A stretch of 64,000 nucleotides of DNA, taken from NCBI GenBank assembly GCA_963850555.1, contig CAWKLT010000013.1:125364-189363 (forward strand), written 5' to 3'. The stretch is from an uncultured Chloroflexia bacterium. Its GTDB lineage: Bacteria > Chloroflexota > Limnocylindria > Limnocylindrales > CSP1-4. Positions 9,849 through 20,669 of the stretch are shown piece by piece; position 1 is the stretch's first letter, and every line of letters begins with the position of its first letter. A program made the translations under genes and the position numbers. The notes below the pieces were generated by a model. That model had not been told where the DNA came from and did not search any database. It saw only the letters and a program-made list of their open reading frames with translations.

Positions 9849-11057
9849 CCGACACCAGCGTCATCGTCATCGGCGGAGGGATCGTCGGCCTCGCGACCGC
9901 GTACCGGCTGCTGGAGGCCCGCCCGGACCTGCGGGTGACCGTCGTCGAGAAGGAAGCTGAGCTCGCGACCCACCAGACCGGCCACAACAGCGGCGTCCTC
10001 CACGCCGGCCTGTACTACGCGCCAGGCTCCCTCAAGGCACGACTCTGCCGCGAGGGCAAGGCCGATGTCGAAGCCTTCGCCGAGGCGCACGACATCCCGT
10101 TCGACCACTGCGGCAAGCTCGTGGTCGCGCTCGATGACGGCGAGCTGCCGCGACTCGCCGCCCTCCGCGAGCGGGCGCTGGCGAACGGCGTGCCGGGCCT
10201 CGAGGACGTCGGGCGTGAGCGCATCCTCGAGATCGAGCCGCACGCCGCGGGCATCCAGGGGCTCTGGAGCCCGGGCACCGGCATCATCGACTTCCGGCGC
10301 GTCGCGCTGGCCATGGCCGACGAGATCAGGGCCCGCGGCGCCGAGATCGTCACGTCGTGGCCCGCCTCGGACATCGACACACGGGGGACGGAGGTCGTGG
10401 TTCGCGGTCCGGAAGGCGAGGAGCGGCTCGCGTCGCTGGTCGTGGCGTGCGCGGGCCTCCATGCCGACCGGCTCGCCCGGATGACCGGCGATGACGACGA
10501 TCCGCGCATCGTCCCGTTCCGGGGCGACTACTACACGCTCGATCGAGTCCGCGGTCGGGCTGGTTCGCGGGCTGATCTATCCCGTCCCGGACCCGCGCTT
10601 CCCCTTCCTCGGCGTGCATTTCACGCGGCGCATCGACGGGGCCGTGTGGGCCGGTCCGAACGCCGTGCTCGCGTTCGCCCGCGAGGGCTACCGCCGGCGC
10701 GACGTCAGGGTACAGGACCTCGCGTCGACGCTCGGCTATGGCGGGTTCCAGCGCCTCGCGCGCAAGTACCTGCGGACCGGCCTAGGCGAGATGTGGCGGG
10801 ACCTGTGGAAGCCCGCGTTCGTCCGTGAGCTCCAGCGGTACGTTCCCGAGATCCGGAGCGACCAGCTGCGGTTCGGACCGTCGGGCGTGCGGGCACAGGC
10901 GCTCGCGCGGGACGGCTCGATGGTGGACGACTTCAGCCTGGGTGGGCGAGGGCGCGTGCTGCACGTCCGGAACGCCCCGTCCCCGGCGGCGACCAGCTCA
11001 CTCGCCATCGGCCGGGTCCTGGCGACCACCGCGCTGGAGCTGCTCGACGGGAGCTAG
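9846..11057 (+). pseudogene. lhgO: L-2-hydroxyglutarate oxidase (LhgO) family FAD oxidoreductase, frameshifted near 10545
   Basis: N-terminus MTDTSVIVIGGGIVGLATAYRLL...FRGDYYTL runs in the frame of ORF 9371..10828. The C-terminus LVRGLIYPVPDPRFPFLGVHFTRRIDG... continues in ORF 10491..11057. Confidence 0.75.
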
Positions 11058-11732
11058 GCTGGCTCCGCGGCGATGGCGGCGGCCGCGGCGGCCGGCAGGT
11101 CAGCCCGACACAGCGAGCGCTCGGCCATCGCGATCAGTCGATCTGCCACGGTCTCCGCGTCGAGCCCGCTGCCGCTGAATAGCTCGTCGAACGCCTGGAA
11201 GCTCGTCAGGACGTTCAGGATGTCGGTCGCCTCCTCGACCGAGACGTCCTCGCGCAGGTAGCCCTGGGCCTCCAGCCCTCGAGCGAGGTGGGCCTGTCCC
11301 GGCCGCCGGCCATCCTCGATCGCCCGGACCGCGGCGACCGCGTCGGGGTCGATCGCGGCGAGCGTGAACAGCGCTCCGCGCGAGGTGCGGCATCCGGGCG
11401 TACATGCGGACGGCGATCCGGAACGAGGTCCGGATCGCTTGCAGGGCATCCGGCAATCTGCTCGAGGCCACCAGCTCGTCGAACCCGGCCGTGTCGCGGA
11501 GATGGCGCGCCAGCGCGTCGAACAGCCCGGCCCGCGACCCATACAGGAGGTACACGGTCGAACGAGAGACGCCGGCAGCCCGCGCCACCTCGTCGACCTT
11601 GAGGGCGCCAAGGGGTCCGCGCTCCAGGGTCACGCGGGCCGCCTCGAGGATCCGGCGACGGGTCGCATCGGATGCATCAGCCCGCGCGCGCTGCACGTAT
11701 CGACGTTTGTCCATGTCGCCATCGTACTTCAT
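11054..11732 (-). pseudogene. TetR/AcrR family transcriptional regulator, frameshifted near 11395
   Basis: The N-terminal HTH (RRRILEAARVTLERGPLGALKVDEVARAAGVSRSTVYLLY) is in ORF 11100..11732. The C-terminal ligand domain (ALFTLAAIDPDAVAAV...) is in ORF 11054..11611. Confidence 0.7.
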
Positions 11733-11767
11733 CGGACACTATGTCCGACATCGGACACGATGTCCGA
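11733..11767. promoter_or_regulatory. tandem palindromic operators (probable TetR binding sites) in the TetR/monooxygenase divergent intergenic region
   Basis: TCGGACActaTGTCCGA at 11733-11749 and TCGGACAcgaTGTCCGA at 11751-11767 are two perfect 7-3-7 palindromes abutting the TetR start and lying 18 nt upstream of the monooxygenase ATG. Confidence 0.55.
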
Positions 11768-11784
11768 CCAAAAGGAGACGAGAC

Positions 11785-13468
11785 ATGGACCAGATCGACA
11801 CCCGACCCACTACCGCGACCAGGCTCGAGGTGCCGGTCCTCATCATCGGCGCCGGCCCGGCTGGTCTGGTGACGGCCATCGGCCTCGCCCGGCAGGGCGT
11901 GCGCTCGCTTGTCGTCGAGCGCCATCCGTCGACCTCGATCTTCCCGCGGGCGACCGGCGTCAGCACCCGCTCGATGGAGATCTTCCGCACCTTCGGCATC
12001 GACGATGAGGTGCGTCGCGGCGGCTGGGGCATCGTGCCTCGCCAGGCGACGGTCCGATGGCTGGGCGACCCCGAACCCGTCGAGGGTGCCCTCGGCTTCC
12101 CGGATGCCGGAGGTAGCCGCGGCGGTGAGCCCGACGACCGCCACCGTGAGCCCGCAGGACCACCTCGAACCGGTGCTCGTCGACCACTACCGGTCGCTCG
12201 GCATGGGCGAGATCCGGTTTTCGACCGAGCTGGTCTCGTTCGAGGGGGATGCGGATGGCGTGACGGCCCGGCTCCGCGACCGGATCGGTGGCGAGGTCGC
12301 GACCGTCCGCAGCCGCTACCTGGTCGGAGCGGACGGGCATCGGTCCACGGTGCGTGGCGCCCTCGGGATCGCGATGGAAGGACCAGATGACCTGGGCCAG
12401 TACCTGAGCATCCTGTTCCGCGCCGACCTGTCCGACGTCCTGTCCGACCCCGTCTACGGGCTGTACATGATCGGCGTCAACAGTGGCCCGCCCACGGTCC
12501 TCGTGCCAAGCGGGGTCGATGGCCGGTTCGTCTTCGCGATCCCGCTCCCGCCGGGCGTGGATGCGGCCGCCATGGCTGCGGCCTTCCCGCCGGAGCGATG
12601 CGTCGCGATGATCCGCGAGGCCGCCCGGCGGCCCGATCTCGACGTCGAGGTACTGGCCACGAACGCGTTCGCCTTCTCGGCCCAGGTGGCGAGTCGCCTG
12701 CGTGAGGGTCGCGTCGTCCTCGTCGGCGATGCGGCACACCGGATGACGCCGCGCGGTGGTCGTGGCATGAACACGGCGATCGCCGACGCGTACGACCTCG
12801 GGTGGAAGCTGGCCTGGACGGTGCGCGATCTCGCCACGGATGCCCTCGTGGACAGCCACGAAGCCGAGCGCGGGCCGGTGGGTCGGCGCAATGTCGCGAT
12901 GTCGATCGTGCCCGGCGAGGGCGGCGGCACGGCCGACGGACTCCTCGAGGACCTGGGCGCGGTCGTCCGATCGGCGGTCATCGTCGACGACGGCTCGCCC
13001 GAGCCGGCCCCGACCGCTGTCGTCGGAGGCTCGTTCGTGCCGGATGCACGGCCCGGCGCCCGGGCGCCGCACGCGTGGCTGTCGATCGGGGAGGAGCGCG
13101 TCTCGACGCTCGACCTGTTCGGGCGCGAGCTGGTGCTCCTGGTCGCCGGCGACGGCGGCGCATGGCGGACCGCCGCGGCGTCCGTCGCCGGGTCCCTGCC
13201 CGGGCCGGCGGTGCGGGTCCGGAGCGTCGGCCGCTGGCTGCGCGACACCGACGGGACGTTCGCCAAGGCCTACGGCCTCGCCGACGGCGGCGCGGTGCTG
13301 GTCCGGCCCGACGGCGTGGTCGCGTGGCGCAGCCGGTCTGCGCCAGCCGACATCCGCCGCGCGCTGGCCGCCGCCGTGGCCGTCGCCACGGGGCGCGGCT
13401 CGGACGCGGACCGGGCTGCGCTCGGCAGCGTCGCCTCGGTCGCCGGTGCCGGCGAGGAGGCAGCGTGA
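11785..13468 (+). pseudogene. FAD-dependent aromatic-ring monooxygenase (PheA/TfdB family), frameshifted near 12113
   Basis: Start at 11785 with SD AAAGGAG. The N-terminus has GxGxxG (LIIGAGPAGL). The C-terminal 450 aa (DGHRSTVRGALGI...GDAAHRMTPRGGRGMNTAIADAYDLGWKLA) sits in ORF 11909..13468. Confidence 0.75.
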
Positions 13469-13613
13469 TGCGCGGCAGGACCTGGATCTCGCTACTGGAC
13501 GCGCTGGGCTATCTCGTGTGGGGGTTCGGGTGGGTCGTAGCGCCGCCGGCTCGCGGCGACGCGGGCCATCGCCACCGACACGATCCCCGCTGATCGAGGG
13601 AGGTGGCCCACAT

Positions 13614-13652
13614 AAAGACGACGGGTCGGCCCTTTCGGGACCGACCCGTCGT
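13614..13652. terminator. hairpin between convergent genes, likely an intrinsic terminator
   Basis: ACGACGGGTCGGCCC-tttc-GGGACCGACCCGTCGT forms a stem of about 15 bp. On the minus strand it is followed by a T-rich CTTTATG, directly downstream of the small minus-strand gene. Confidence 0.5.
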
Positions 13653-13663
13653 GTGGTACGCGT

Positions 13664-13879
13664 CTAGTAGTTCGACGTCGTCACCAGCTTGCGCACGGTC
13701 TGCTCCACGACCTCGCGGTTCTGCCCGGTCTTGCGGCTGATCGTTTCGATCAGCGTGTCCGGATCGGACCGACCGACGTCGAGGTCCTGGTCAGTCAGAC
13801 CGCTGAACTGGCCCTTCAGCTGCGGCTTGATCTGCTGGAACTTGGTCTGGAGCTCTTGGCGCGTCTGCTGGTCAAGCAT
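13664..13879 (-). CDS. hypothetical small hydrophilic protein (71 aa)
   Basis: ORF MLDQQTRQELQTKFQQIKPQLKGQ... has Q/K/T-rich, non-GC-driven composition and SD GAGGAGAG 5 nt upstream of the ATG. A terminator hairpin lies downstream. Confidence 0.5.
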   Translation of the reverse strand: MLDQQTRQELQTKFQQIKPQLKGQFSGLTDQDLDVGRSDPDTLIETISRKTGQNREVVEQTVRKLVTTSNY

Positions 13880-14057
13880 GACTCTCCTCGGGTGCGTGTT
13901 TCCGGGGGCACGTCTATGAAACCGCAGGTGGCGACAAGGTCGCGGCCTATGAGCTCGGAGGGCACCTTGCGAAGGGCTTGCATGGGCATTGCATCATGCG
14001 TGGTGACGTCCCATCGCGCGGAGTCGGCCGACGCGTGAGACGCCTCGAGGGGTTGGC

Positions 14058-14234
14058 ATGACGGACGACGACTGGGCAGCACTCGACCCCGGCGAGCGCG
14101 ACTTCGCCGTGCGCTGGCTGGGCCTGACAGAAGGGGAGCGGGACGACTTCTGTCGTCAGCTCCTCGCGGCGATCGAAGTCCTCCAGCGGTTCCGGGTCCT
14201 GGAAACCGGGACGGAGGGGTCGGCCACGGCCTGA
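14058..14234 (+). CDS. hypothetical small protein (58 aa), weak call
   Basis: ATG at 14058 is preceded by GAGGGG. The translation MTDDDWAALDPGERDFAVRWLGLTEGERDDFCRQLLAAIEVLQRF... has no recognisable family. Confidence 0.25.
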   Translation: MTDDDWAALDPGERDFAVRWLGLTEGERDDFCRQLLAAIEVLQRFRVLETGTEGSATA

Positions 14235-14254
14235 TCGCGGCCGCTCCCGTTCGC

Positions 14255-15539
14255 CTAGACCGCCGCAGGCTCCGGGTCCGTGACGGATGTCGGCAGTCCG
14301 TCGAGCAGCGGGTCCGTCCAGCTCCAGGCGGCCCCGTGGCGCGCCCCGACGGCCCCATGGCGCGCCGCCTCCACGCGGAGCGGCAGCCCGAAGATCTCGA
14401 TGAACCCGACGGCCGAGGCATGGTCGAAGGCGTCCCCCTCGTCGTAGGTCGCGAGGCTCTTGTCGTACAGCGACAACGGGGAGCGGCGTCCCGCGACGAT
14501 CGCCTGCCCGTGGTCCAGCCGGACCCGGACCTCGCCCGAGACCACGCGCTGCGACGACGCCACGTACGAACGCAGGTCGCGCGACAGCGCGCTGAACCAC
14601 AGGCCGTCGTAGATGAGGCGTGACAGCTCGTCGGCCACCAGCCGGTTGAAGCGGAGCGTGTCCCGCGACAGCGTCAGTCCCTCGAGCGCGTGGTGCGCGG
14701 CGTGGAGGATCGTGGCGGCCGGGGTCTCGTAGATCTCGCGGCTCTTGATGCCGACGAGGCGGTCCTCGACGTGATCGATCCGGCCGACCCCGTGCTTCCC
14801 GCCGAGGTCGTGCAGCTGCTCCACCAGGGCCACCGGCGCCAGGCGCTCACCGTCGAGGGCGACCGGCACCCCGCCCTCGAACTCGATCGTGACCTCGACG
14901 GGATCGGGCGCGTCGGCGGGAGTCGACCGTCCATTCGTACGCATCCGGCGGCGGGGTGACCCACGGGTCCTCCAGGACGCCGGTCTCGCACGAGCGGCCC
15001 CACAGGTTGACGTCGATCGAGTACGGCGATTCCTTGGTGATCGGGATCTCGATGCCGCGCTCGTTCGCGTAGTCGATCTCCTGGTCGCGGGTCAGGCCCA
15101 TGCCGACGCGCATCGGCGCGATGACCTCGAGCCCCGGATCGAGCGCGTGGGTCGCGACGTCGAAACGGACCTGGTCGTTGCCCTTGCCGGTGCAGCCATG
15201 GGCGACCGCGTCGGCGCCTTCGCGTTTGGCGACCTCGACCAGGAGCTGCGCGATCAGCGGCCGGGCGAGCGCGGTCGCCAGCGGGTACGCGCCCTGGTAC
15301 AACGCGTTGGCCTGGAGGTGCGGCCAGACGAAGTCGGTGACGAAGCGCTCGCGGCCGTCGACGACGTAGGCGCGCGAGGCGCCCGACGACATGGCCCGCG
15401 CCTCGACGCCGGGGCGCAACGACCCACCGCCGAGGTCGACGGTGAGCGTGACGACCTCGACCCCGTACTGCTCCTTGAGCCAGGCGACGGCGACCGAGGT
15501 ATCGAGACCGCCGGAGTAGGCGAGGACGACCTTGTTCAT
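14255..15539 (-). pseudogene. argG: argininosuccinate synthase, frameshifted near 14930
   Basis: N-terminus MNKVVLAYSGGLDTSV... is in ORF 14847..15539 and the C-terminal half is in ORF 14255..14944. The 1285-nt span equals about 428 codons, so a single indel explains the break. Confidence 0.85.
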
Positions 15540-15562
15540 GGCGGACTACGGAGCCTCCGAGC

Positions 15563-16081
15563 TCAATACGAGGATGTGGCGGTCACGGCGAGCGAGTCCT
15601 GTAGGGCGCGGAACTTCTCGAGCCAGCGCTCGAGGCGTGGCTCGTCGGCGAACAGCACCAGGAGCGTATTGTCGCCCGCCAGCGTGCCCTCCTGTTCGTG
15701 GAGCGTCGATTCGTCGATCGCTTGCGCGACGACGCTGGCCGTGCCCGGGGTGCCGGTCAGGACGAGGATGAGGCCGCTCCGCCCGACGGTGACCGGGACG
15801 TCGCTCAGGATGCGGCGCAGTCGTTCATCCGATGCGGCCGGCAGCGGGGCGGCGACGTCTTCACGGGCGACGTAGGCGTGGCCATTGGCACTGCCGTTGC
15901 CGCGCGGTGCCTTCAGCAGCCCGAGTTCGGTGATGTCGCGGCTGACCGTCGCCTGCGTGACATCGAATCCCTGCTCAACGAGCGCATCCACAAGCTCGCG
16001 CTGGCTGCCGACGGGTCGCGACGCGACGAGTTGGCGGATCGCCCGCTGGCGGAGACGCTTGAGCTCCTGGCTCGGGGTCAT
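15563..16081 (-). CDS. argR: arginine repressor
   Basis: Translation from the Met at 16081 (MTPSQELKRLRQRAIRQLVASRPVGSQRELVDALVEQGFDVTQATVSRDI...) has the ArgR wHTH and a C-terminal oligomerisation domain. It shares an ATGA overlap with the argB stop. Confidence 0.85.
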   Translation of the reverse strand: MTPSQELKRLRQRAIRQLVASRPVGSQRELVDALVEQGFDVTQATVSRDITELGLLKAPRGNGSANGHAYVAREDVAAPLPAASDERLRRILSDVPVTVGRSGLILVLTGTPGTASVVAQAIDESTLHEQEGTLAGDNTLLVLFADEPRLERWLEKFRALQDSLAVTATSSY

Positions 16082-16866
16082 GCGGCTCCGACCGGCGCGG
16101 CGCGTCCCGCGGTGATGCGTGTCCCGAAGGCCGGATCGTCGAGCGCCCGTTCCAGGGCCCGCTCCGCTGCCGAGTCCGCGATGATCGCCTCCGAGCCCTC
16201 CCAGCCGAGCGCGGACAGCGCGGCCCGGACCTTGGGCACCATGCCCCCGGCGATGACGCCGCCTTCGATCAGGTGCTCCGCTTCGGCCACGGTCAGCGTG
16301 TCGAGCTTGCGTCCATCGGCATCGCGAACCCCGTCGACATCGGTCAGCAGCACGAGCTGGCGGGCGCCGAGCCCGGCGGCGATGCCGGCTGCCGCGTCGT
16401 CGGCGTTCACGTTGCACACGATCCCGTCGGCGTCACGCGCCAGCGGCGCGACCACGGGGACCTGGCCGCCCACGAGGATCGCGTCGAGCAGGTCGCGGCG
16501 CAGGTCGGTGACGCGTGCGACGAGCCCGAGCTCCGGGATGCGTTCCGCGACGAGCAGCCCGCCGTCGACGCCGCTCAACCCGACGGCGTCGACGCCCAGG
16601 TCGCGCAACGCGGCGACCAGCTCGCTGTTGACGACGCCACGCAGGACGGCGGCGGCGACCTCGAGGGACTGGGCGTCGGTCACGCGGAGGCCGCCCTCGA
16701 ACCGGCTCGGGACGCCGAGGCGCTCGAGCCACTCGGTGATTCGCTTTCCACCGCCGTGGACCAGCACCACGGGGCGGCGACGCGCGACCGCGGCCACATC
16801 CGCGAGCACGTGGCTCTGGTCGGCGATCGTCGTCCCACCCAGCTTGACGACCAGGATCTCGCTCAC
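16078..16866 (-). CDS. argB: acetylglutamate kinase
   Basis: 262 aa MSEILVVKLGGTT... with the AAK-family fold. Its start overlaps the argJ stop (ATGA). Confidence 0.9.
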   Translation of the reverse strand: MSEILVVKLGGTTIADQSHVLADVAAVARRRPVVLVHGGGKRITEWLERLGVPSRFEGGLRVTDAQSLEVAAAVLRGVVNSELVAALRDLGVDAVGLSGVDGGLLVAERIPELGLVARVTDLRRDLLDAILVGGQVPVVAPLARDADGIVCNVNADDAAAGIAAGLGARQLVLLTDVDGVRDADGRKLDTLTVAEAEHLIEGGVIAGGMVPKVRAALSALGWEGSEAIIADSAAERALERALDDPAFGTRITAGRAAPVGAA

Positions 16867-18275
16867 GTCGTGTACTCGCTGTTTTCGATGACGTAGGCCT
16901 CGGTGAGGTCGCAGCCGAAGGCTTCGCCGGTGCCGTCGCCCAGGCCGAGGTCGAGCTCGATCACGAGCTCTGGGGCGTCCATCGCGGCGCGGGCCGCGGC
17001 GCGATCGAAGTCGAGTGGACCGCCCCGGGCGCCATCGAAGACGAGATGGCCGGCGATCGAGATGCGCAGTCGGTCGGGATCGAGCGTCGCGGGCTGTCCG
17101 GCACGCGCAGCAGCCGCATCCGCGGCCAGACCCGCAGCCTCGAGGACGGCGCGGCTCGCGACGGTGGCATTGCCCGCGGCACCGGCGATGCGGCCCCAGT
17201 TGGGGTCCTTTCCGTGCGCCGCTGCCTTGACCAGGCTGCTCGACACGACCGCGCGCGCGACGGCCCGGGCGTCCGCATCGTCGCGTGCCCCACGCACGGC
17301 CGCCGTGATCAGGATCGTCGCGCCCTCGCCGTCGGCGGCCTGTTGCCGCGCGAGGTCACGGGCCACCGCCTCGATGGCGCCACCGAGGGCGATCGCTGAC
17401 GGACTGCCTGCCGTGATCGGGGCGCTCGGCGTCGCGCCGGACGCCAGGACGAACACGGTGTCGTTCGTGCTCGTGTCGCCGTCGACCGAGAGCTGGTTCC
17501 AGGTGCGGGCGGCGGCTGGCCGAAGGAGTCCCCACAGCACGGCCGGCTCTACGGCAGCATCGGTCAGGATCACCGACAGCATCGTCGCCATGTTCGGATG
17601 GATCATGCCGACGCCCTTCGCGATGCCGCTGACGGTGATGGTCACCGTCGAGCCGTCGTTGGTCCCGTCGGGTCCGGGCAGCTCTACGGTCGTGCTCACG
17701 ACCTTCGCGACCGAGTCCGTCGTGCGCAGGGCACCGGCCGCCGCGTCGAGCCCCAGGTCGTCGGACGTGAGCCGTGGCACTAGGGCGTCGAGACCCGCGG
17801 CCACCCGGTCGAGCGGCAAGCGCGTGCCGATGATGCCGGTCGAGAGGTGGAGGACGTGTGTCCCCTCGACGCCGAGGGCGCCCGCCACCAGCCGCTCCAC
17901 GCGCTCCTGGTCCTCGTCACCGGCCGCCCCGGTCGCCGCGTTGGCGCAGCCGCTGGTCGAGACGACGGCCCGAGCCCAACCGAAGCCGCCGCGCGGGTCG
18001 CCGGACGTGGTCGAGAGGTTGGCTTTGGACCGGCGGACCGGCGCGGCCACGAACGCGTTCGGCGTGAAGACGGCGGCGACCGCCGCGGGACGGTCCGTCG
18101 TGGCGATGAGGGCGAGGTCGGGCCGGCCGGAGGCCTTGATCCCGGCAGCCAGCCCGCCGGCACGGAAGCCGGCCGGCAAGCTGGCGCGTCGCTCGACCGG
18201 TGGGAGGTCCGTCGTCGACGCCGGGTGGGACGTACCGGACAAGGTGGCGGTCATCGCAGGCGACACATCGGACAC
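16863..18275 (-). CDS. argJ: bifunctional ornithine acetyltransferase / N-acetylglutamate synthase
   Basis: 470 aa containing the ArgJ autoproteolytic ATML motif (HPNMATMLSVILTDA) and flanking conserved blocks. Confidence 0.9.
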   Translation of the reverse strand: MSDVSPAMTATLSGTSHPASTTDLPPVERRASLPAGFRAGGLAAGIKASGRPDLALIATTDRPAAVAAVFTPNAFVAAPVRRSKANLSTTSGDPRGGFGWARAVVSTSGCANAATGAAGDEDQERVERLVAGALGVEGTHVLHLSTGIIGTRLPLDRVAAGLDALVPRLTSDDLGLDAAAGALRTTDSVAKVVSTTVELPGPDGTNDGSTVTITVSGIAKGVGMIHPNMATMLSVILTDAAVEPAVLWGLLRPAAARTWNQLSVDGDTSTNDTVFVLASGATPSAPITAGSPSAIALGGAIEAVARDLARQQAADGEGATILITAAVRGARDDADARAVARAVVSSSLVKAAAHGKDPNWGRIAGAAGNATVASRAVLEAAGLAADAAAARAGQPATLDPDRLRISIAGHLVFDGARGGPLDFDRAAARAAMDAPELVIELDLGLGDGTGEAFGCDLTEAYVIENSEYTT

Positions 18276-19433
18276 TACGGGGCCAGCGGGAGCTGCTCGA
18301 GGCCGGCCGTCTCGGGCAGGCCGTGGACGAGATTGAAGGCCTGGACGGCCTGTCCCGCCGCGCCCTTGACGAGGTTGTCCTCGACCCCGATCGCGATGAT
18401 CCGGCCCGTCCGCTCATCGAGCCGGACGTGAACGAGGACATGGTTGCTGCCGGTCGTGTGCTTGGTGGACGGCGGCGCGGCCACGACCCGGACGAACGGC
18501 TCGTCCGCGTAGGCGGTGGCGTAGAGCTCGTCGAGCTCGGCCTGCGTGATGGGGCGGGTCGGTCGAACGTGGTTGGTCGAATGGATCCCGCGGGTCATCG
18601 GGACGAGATGCGGCACGAAGTCGACGGTGATCGCACCCGGGTTCGCGCCAGGATCCAGGCCTTCGCGCGCAGCCGCGGCGGCGAGCTCCTGCTCGATCTC
18701 GGCGACATGGCGGTGACCGCCCAGGCCGTACGCCTTCACGTTCTCGTTGACCTCGCCATACATCATCTCGGCCTTGGCCTCGCGGCCGGCGCCGGACACC
18801 CCGCTCTTCGCGTCGACGACGAGGTCGCCGATGAGGCCGGCACGAGCCAGGGGCGCGAGCGCCAGGAGAGTCGCCGTCGGATAGCAGCCCGGCGCGCCGA
18901 CCAGCGCGATCTGGCGCGTCGACGAGGGCCGCAAGGTCGGCGCGATGGAGTTCCGGAAGGCCGTACACGGCGACGTCGAGCAGCTCGGGGGCGGGGTGCT
19001 CGAAGCCATACCAGCGCGGATAGTCGGCCGCCTCCCGGAGCCGGAAGTCCGGCCCGAGGTCGATGACCGCCGCGCCGGTGGTCAGGAGGTCCGGCACGAG
19101 CTTGGCCGCGGCGCCATGGGGGAGGGCCAGGAACGCGGCGTCGACCTCGGGCAGATCGGTGCCGACGGTCAGCTCGGTCGTGGCGAGGTGCGCGTGGTGG
19201 TCACCGACCGGCTCGTCATCGCGGTCGCGGCCGGCGAGCCCGACGATCTGGACGTTCGGATGCCGGCTCAGCAGCCGGATCAGCTCGCCGCCGCCGTAGC
19301 CGGTCGCGCCGATGATCCCGACACGGATGCGTCGCGCGCCGTCGATGCCGGGTACGCCCCGCTCCGAACGCGGGATGATCCCCGACGGCCGGTCCGTCGC
19401 GATCGCCGCGGGCGACCCGAGTCCTGCGCTCAC
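18275..19433 (-). pseudogene. argC: N-acetyl-gamma-glutamyl-phosphate reductase, frameshifted near 18920
   Basis: N-terminus RVGIIGATGYGGGELIRLL...YGLPELHR is in ORF 18414..19433. The C-terminus with the catalytic GCYPTA region is in ORF 18275..19009. Confidence 0.85.
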
Positions 19434-19525
19434 GGGCGCACGAAGCCTTTCGCGGAAGGCTGACTCGGATGGCTCGCCGTGATCGGATGGACCGTCGTCA
19501 TGGGCGTATGACGATACAGCACTCC

Positions 19526-19539
19526 TGCATAATGATGCA
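19526..19539. promoter_or_regulatory. candidate ARG box (ArgR operator) upstream of argC
   Basis: AT-rich palindrome TGCATaatgATGCA sits in the argC/DUF4395 divergent intergenic region and resembles ARG-box half-sites. Confidence 0.3.
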
Positions 19540-19627
19540 AGCGGTGGGCCGCGGCGGATATCGAAGTAACTTTAGTAGGACTTCTATGCTATCGTCGCGT
19601 CCCCGACCCCCCAAACGGAGACCCCCG

Positions 19628-20154
19628 ATGCCCAGTGCCATCCCCGACGCAGCCGCCGCGCACCTGCCGCCGGCGCGCATGATCGACCCCCGCGGCCATC
19701 GTTTCGGCGCCGGGATCTCGGCGATCATCCTGATCCTGGCCACGATCACCGGGACGCCCTGGCTCGTGGCGGTCGTGCTGCTTTCGATCGGGGTGAGTGC
19801 GGCGTTCGGGCTGCGCTACTCGATCTACGGCGTCGCGTGGCGACGCATCGTGGCGGTCGCCGGCCTTGGCAAGGTCGAGCCCGAGCACGAGTACCCGCCC
19901 CGGTTCGCGCAGGTGCTTGGCAGCGTCGCGCTGACGCTGGCCCTGTCGCCTTCGCGGTCGGCGCGACGACCATCGGCTGGGTCTTCACGCTGGCCGTCGC
20001 GGCCCTGCAGACCCTGCTGGCCGTGACCGGCTACTGCCTCGGCTGCCGGCTGTACTTCCTGCGCTGGTGGGTGCCGGACCTCGTCACGCGGCTCTGGACC
20101 CGCGGCCGCGTGCGGCGGCTCACCTTCGACACGGAAGCGATCCGCTACAGCTGA
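19628..20154 (+). pseudogene. DUF4395-like small membrane protein, frameshifted near 19950
   Basis: N-terminus MPSAIPD...MIDPRGHRFGAGISAIILILA... (SD GGAG) is in ORF 19469..20026. The C-terminus ...TLLAVTGYCLGCRLYFL is in ORF 19837..20154. The family assignment is from memory. Confidence 0.5.
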
Positions 20155-20169
20155 CCGCGCCGCGCGGCT

Positions 20170-20661
20170 CTACGCCAGGACGTCGGGCCGCTGGTACGGG
20201 CCTGTCGAGATCACCAGCCCGGCCGCCTCGAACGGCCGCTCCCCGGTCGACGCGATCCGATACCGGTGATGCACGACCGTCGCCCCGGCGGACAGCATCG
20301 CGTTGACCGGGCAGTACTTCGTCGCGGAGAGCTCGATCGAGCGGCGGATCGCCGCCTCGGACAGGCCGGTTCCGTGGACGACGTGCACGAGCTCGATCTC
20401 CGAATAGACCTGCGGGTACTCGTCGCGCTGGCTGCCACTCGCCTCGATCTCGTACGCCGTGATGGCCTGGCGCTTCTTGATCGCGATCGAGATGACGTCC
20501 ATCGCGGTGCACGCGGCGAGCGCAGAGAGCACCGTCTCGACCGGGCTGCCGCCCTGGTTCGATCGTCGCTCGTCGAAGGAGATGACGTGTCCGGAGCTCG
20601 GCTCCGCCACGAACAGCATCCCGCCGCGATGCTCGAGGCGGACCGACTTGTGGGTGGGCAT
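20170..20661 (-). CDS. OsmC/Ohr family peroxiredoxin
   Basis: 163 aa with the OsmC fold and conserved Cys pair (LAACTAMD...KYCPV). Confidence 0.85.
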   Translation of the reverse strand: MPTHKSVRLEHRGGMLFVAEPSSGHVISFDERRSNQGGSPVETVLSALAACTAMDVISIAIKKRQAITAYEIEASGSQRDEYPQVYSEIELVHVVHGTGLSEAAIRRSIELSATKYCPVNAMLSAGATVVHHRYRIASTGERPFEAAGLVISTGPYQRPDVLA

Positions 20662-20669
20662 CGCCGGTT

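Noticed and set aside
11960-13266. Minus-strand ORFs of 370 aa and 270 aa inside the monooxygenase gene
   Set aside because: They are antisense to a gene with strong homology and have Arg-rich low-complexity translations.
16903-18336. 477-aa plus-strand ORF across argJ
   Set aside because: It is antisense to argJ and Ser/Arg/Ala-rich with no domain.
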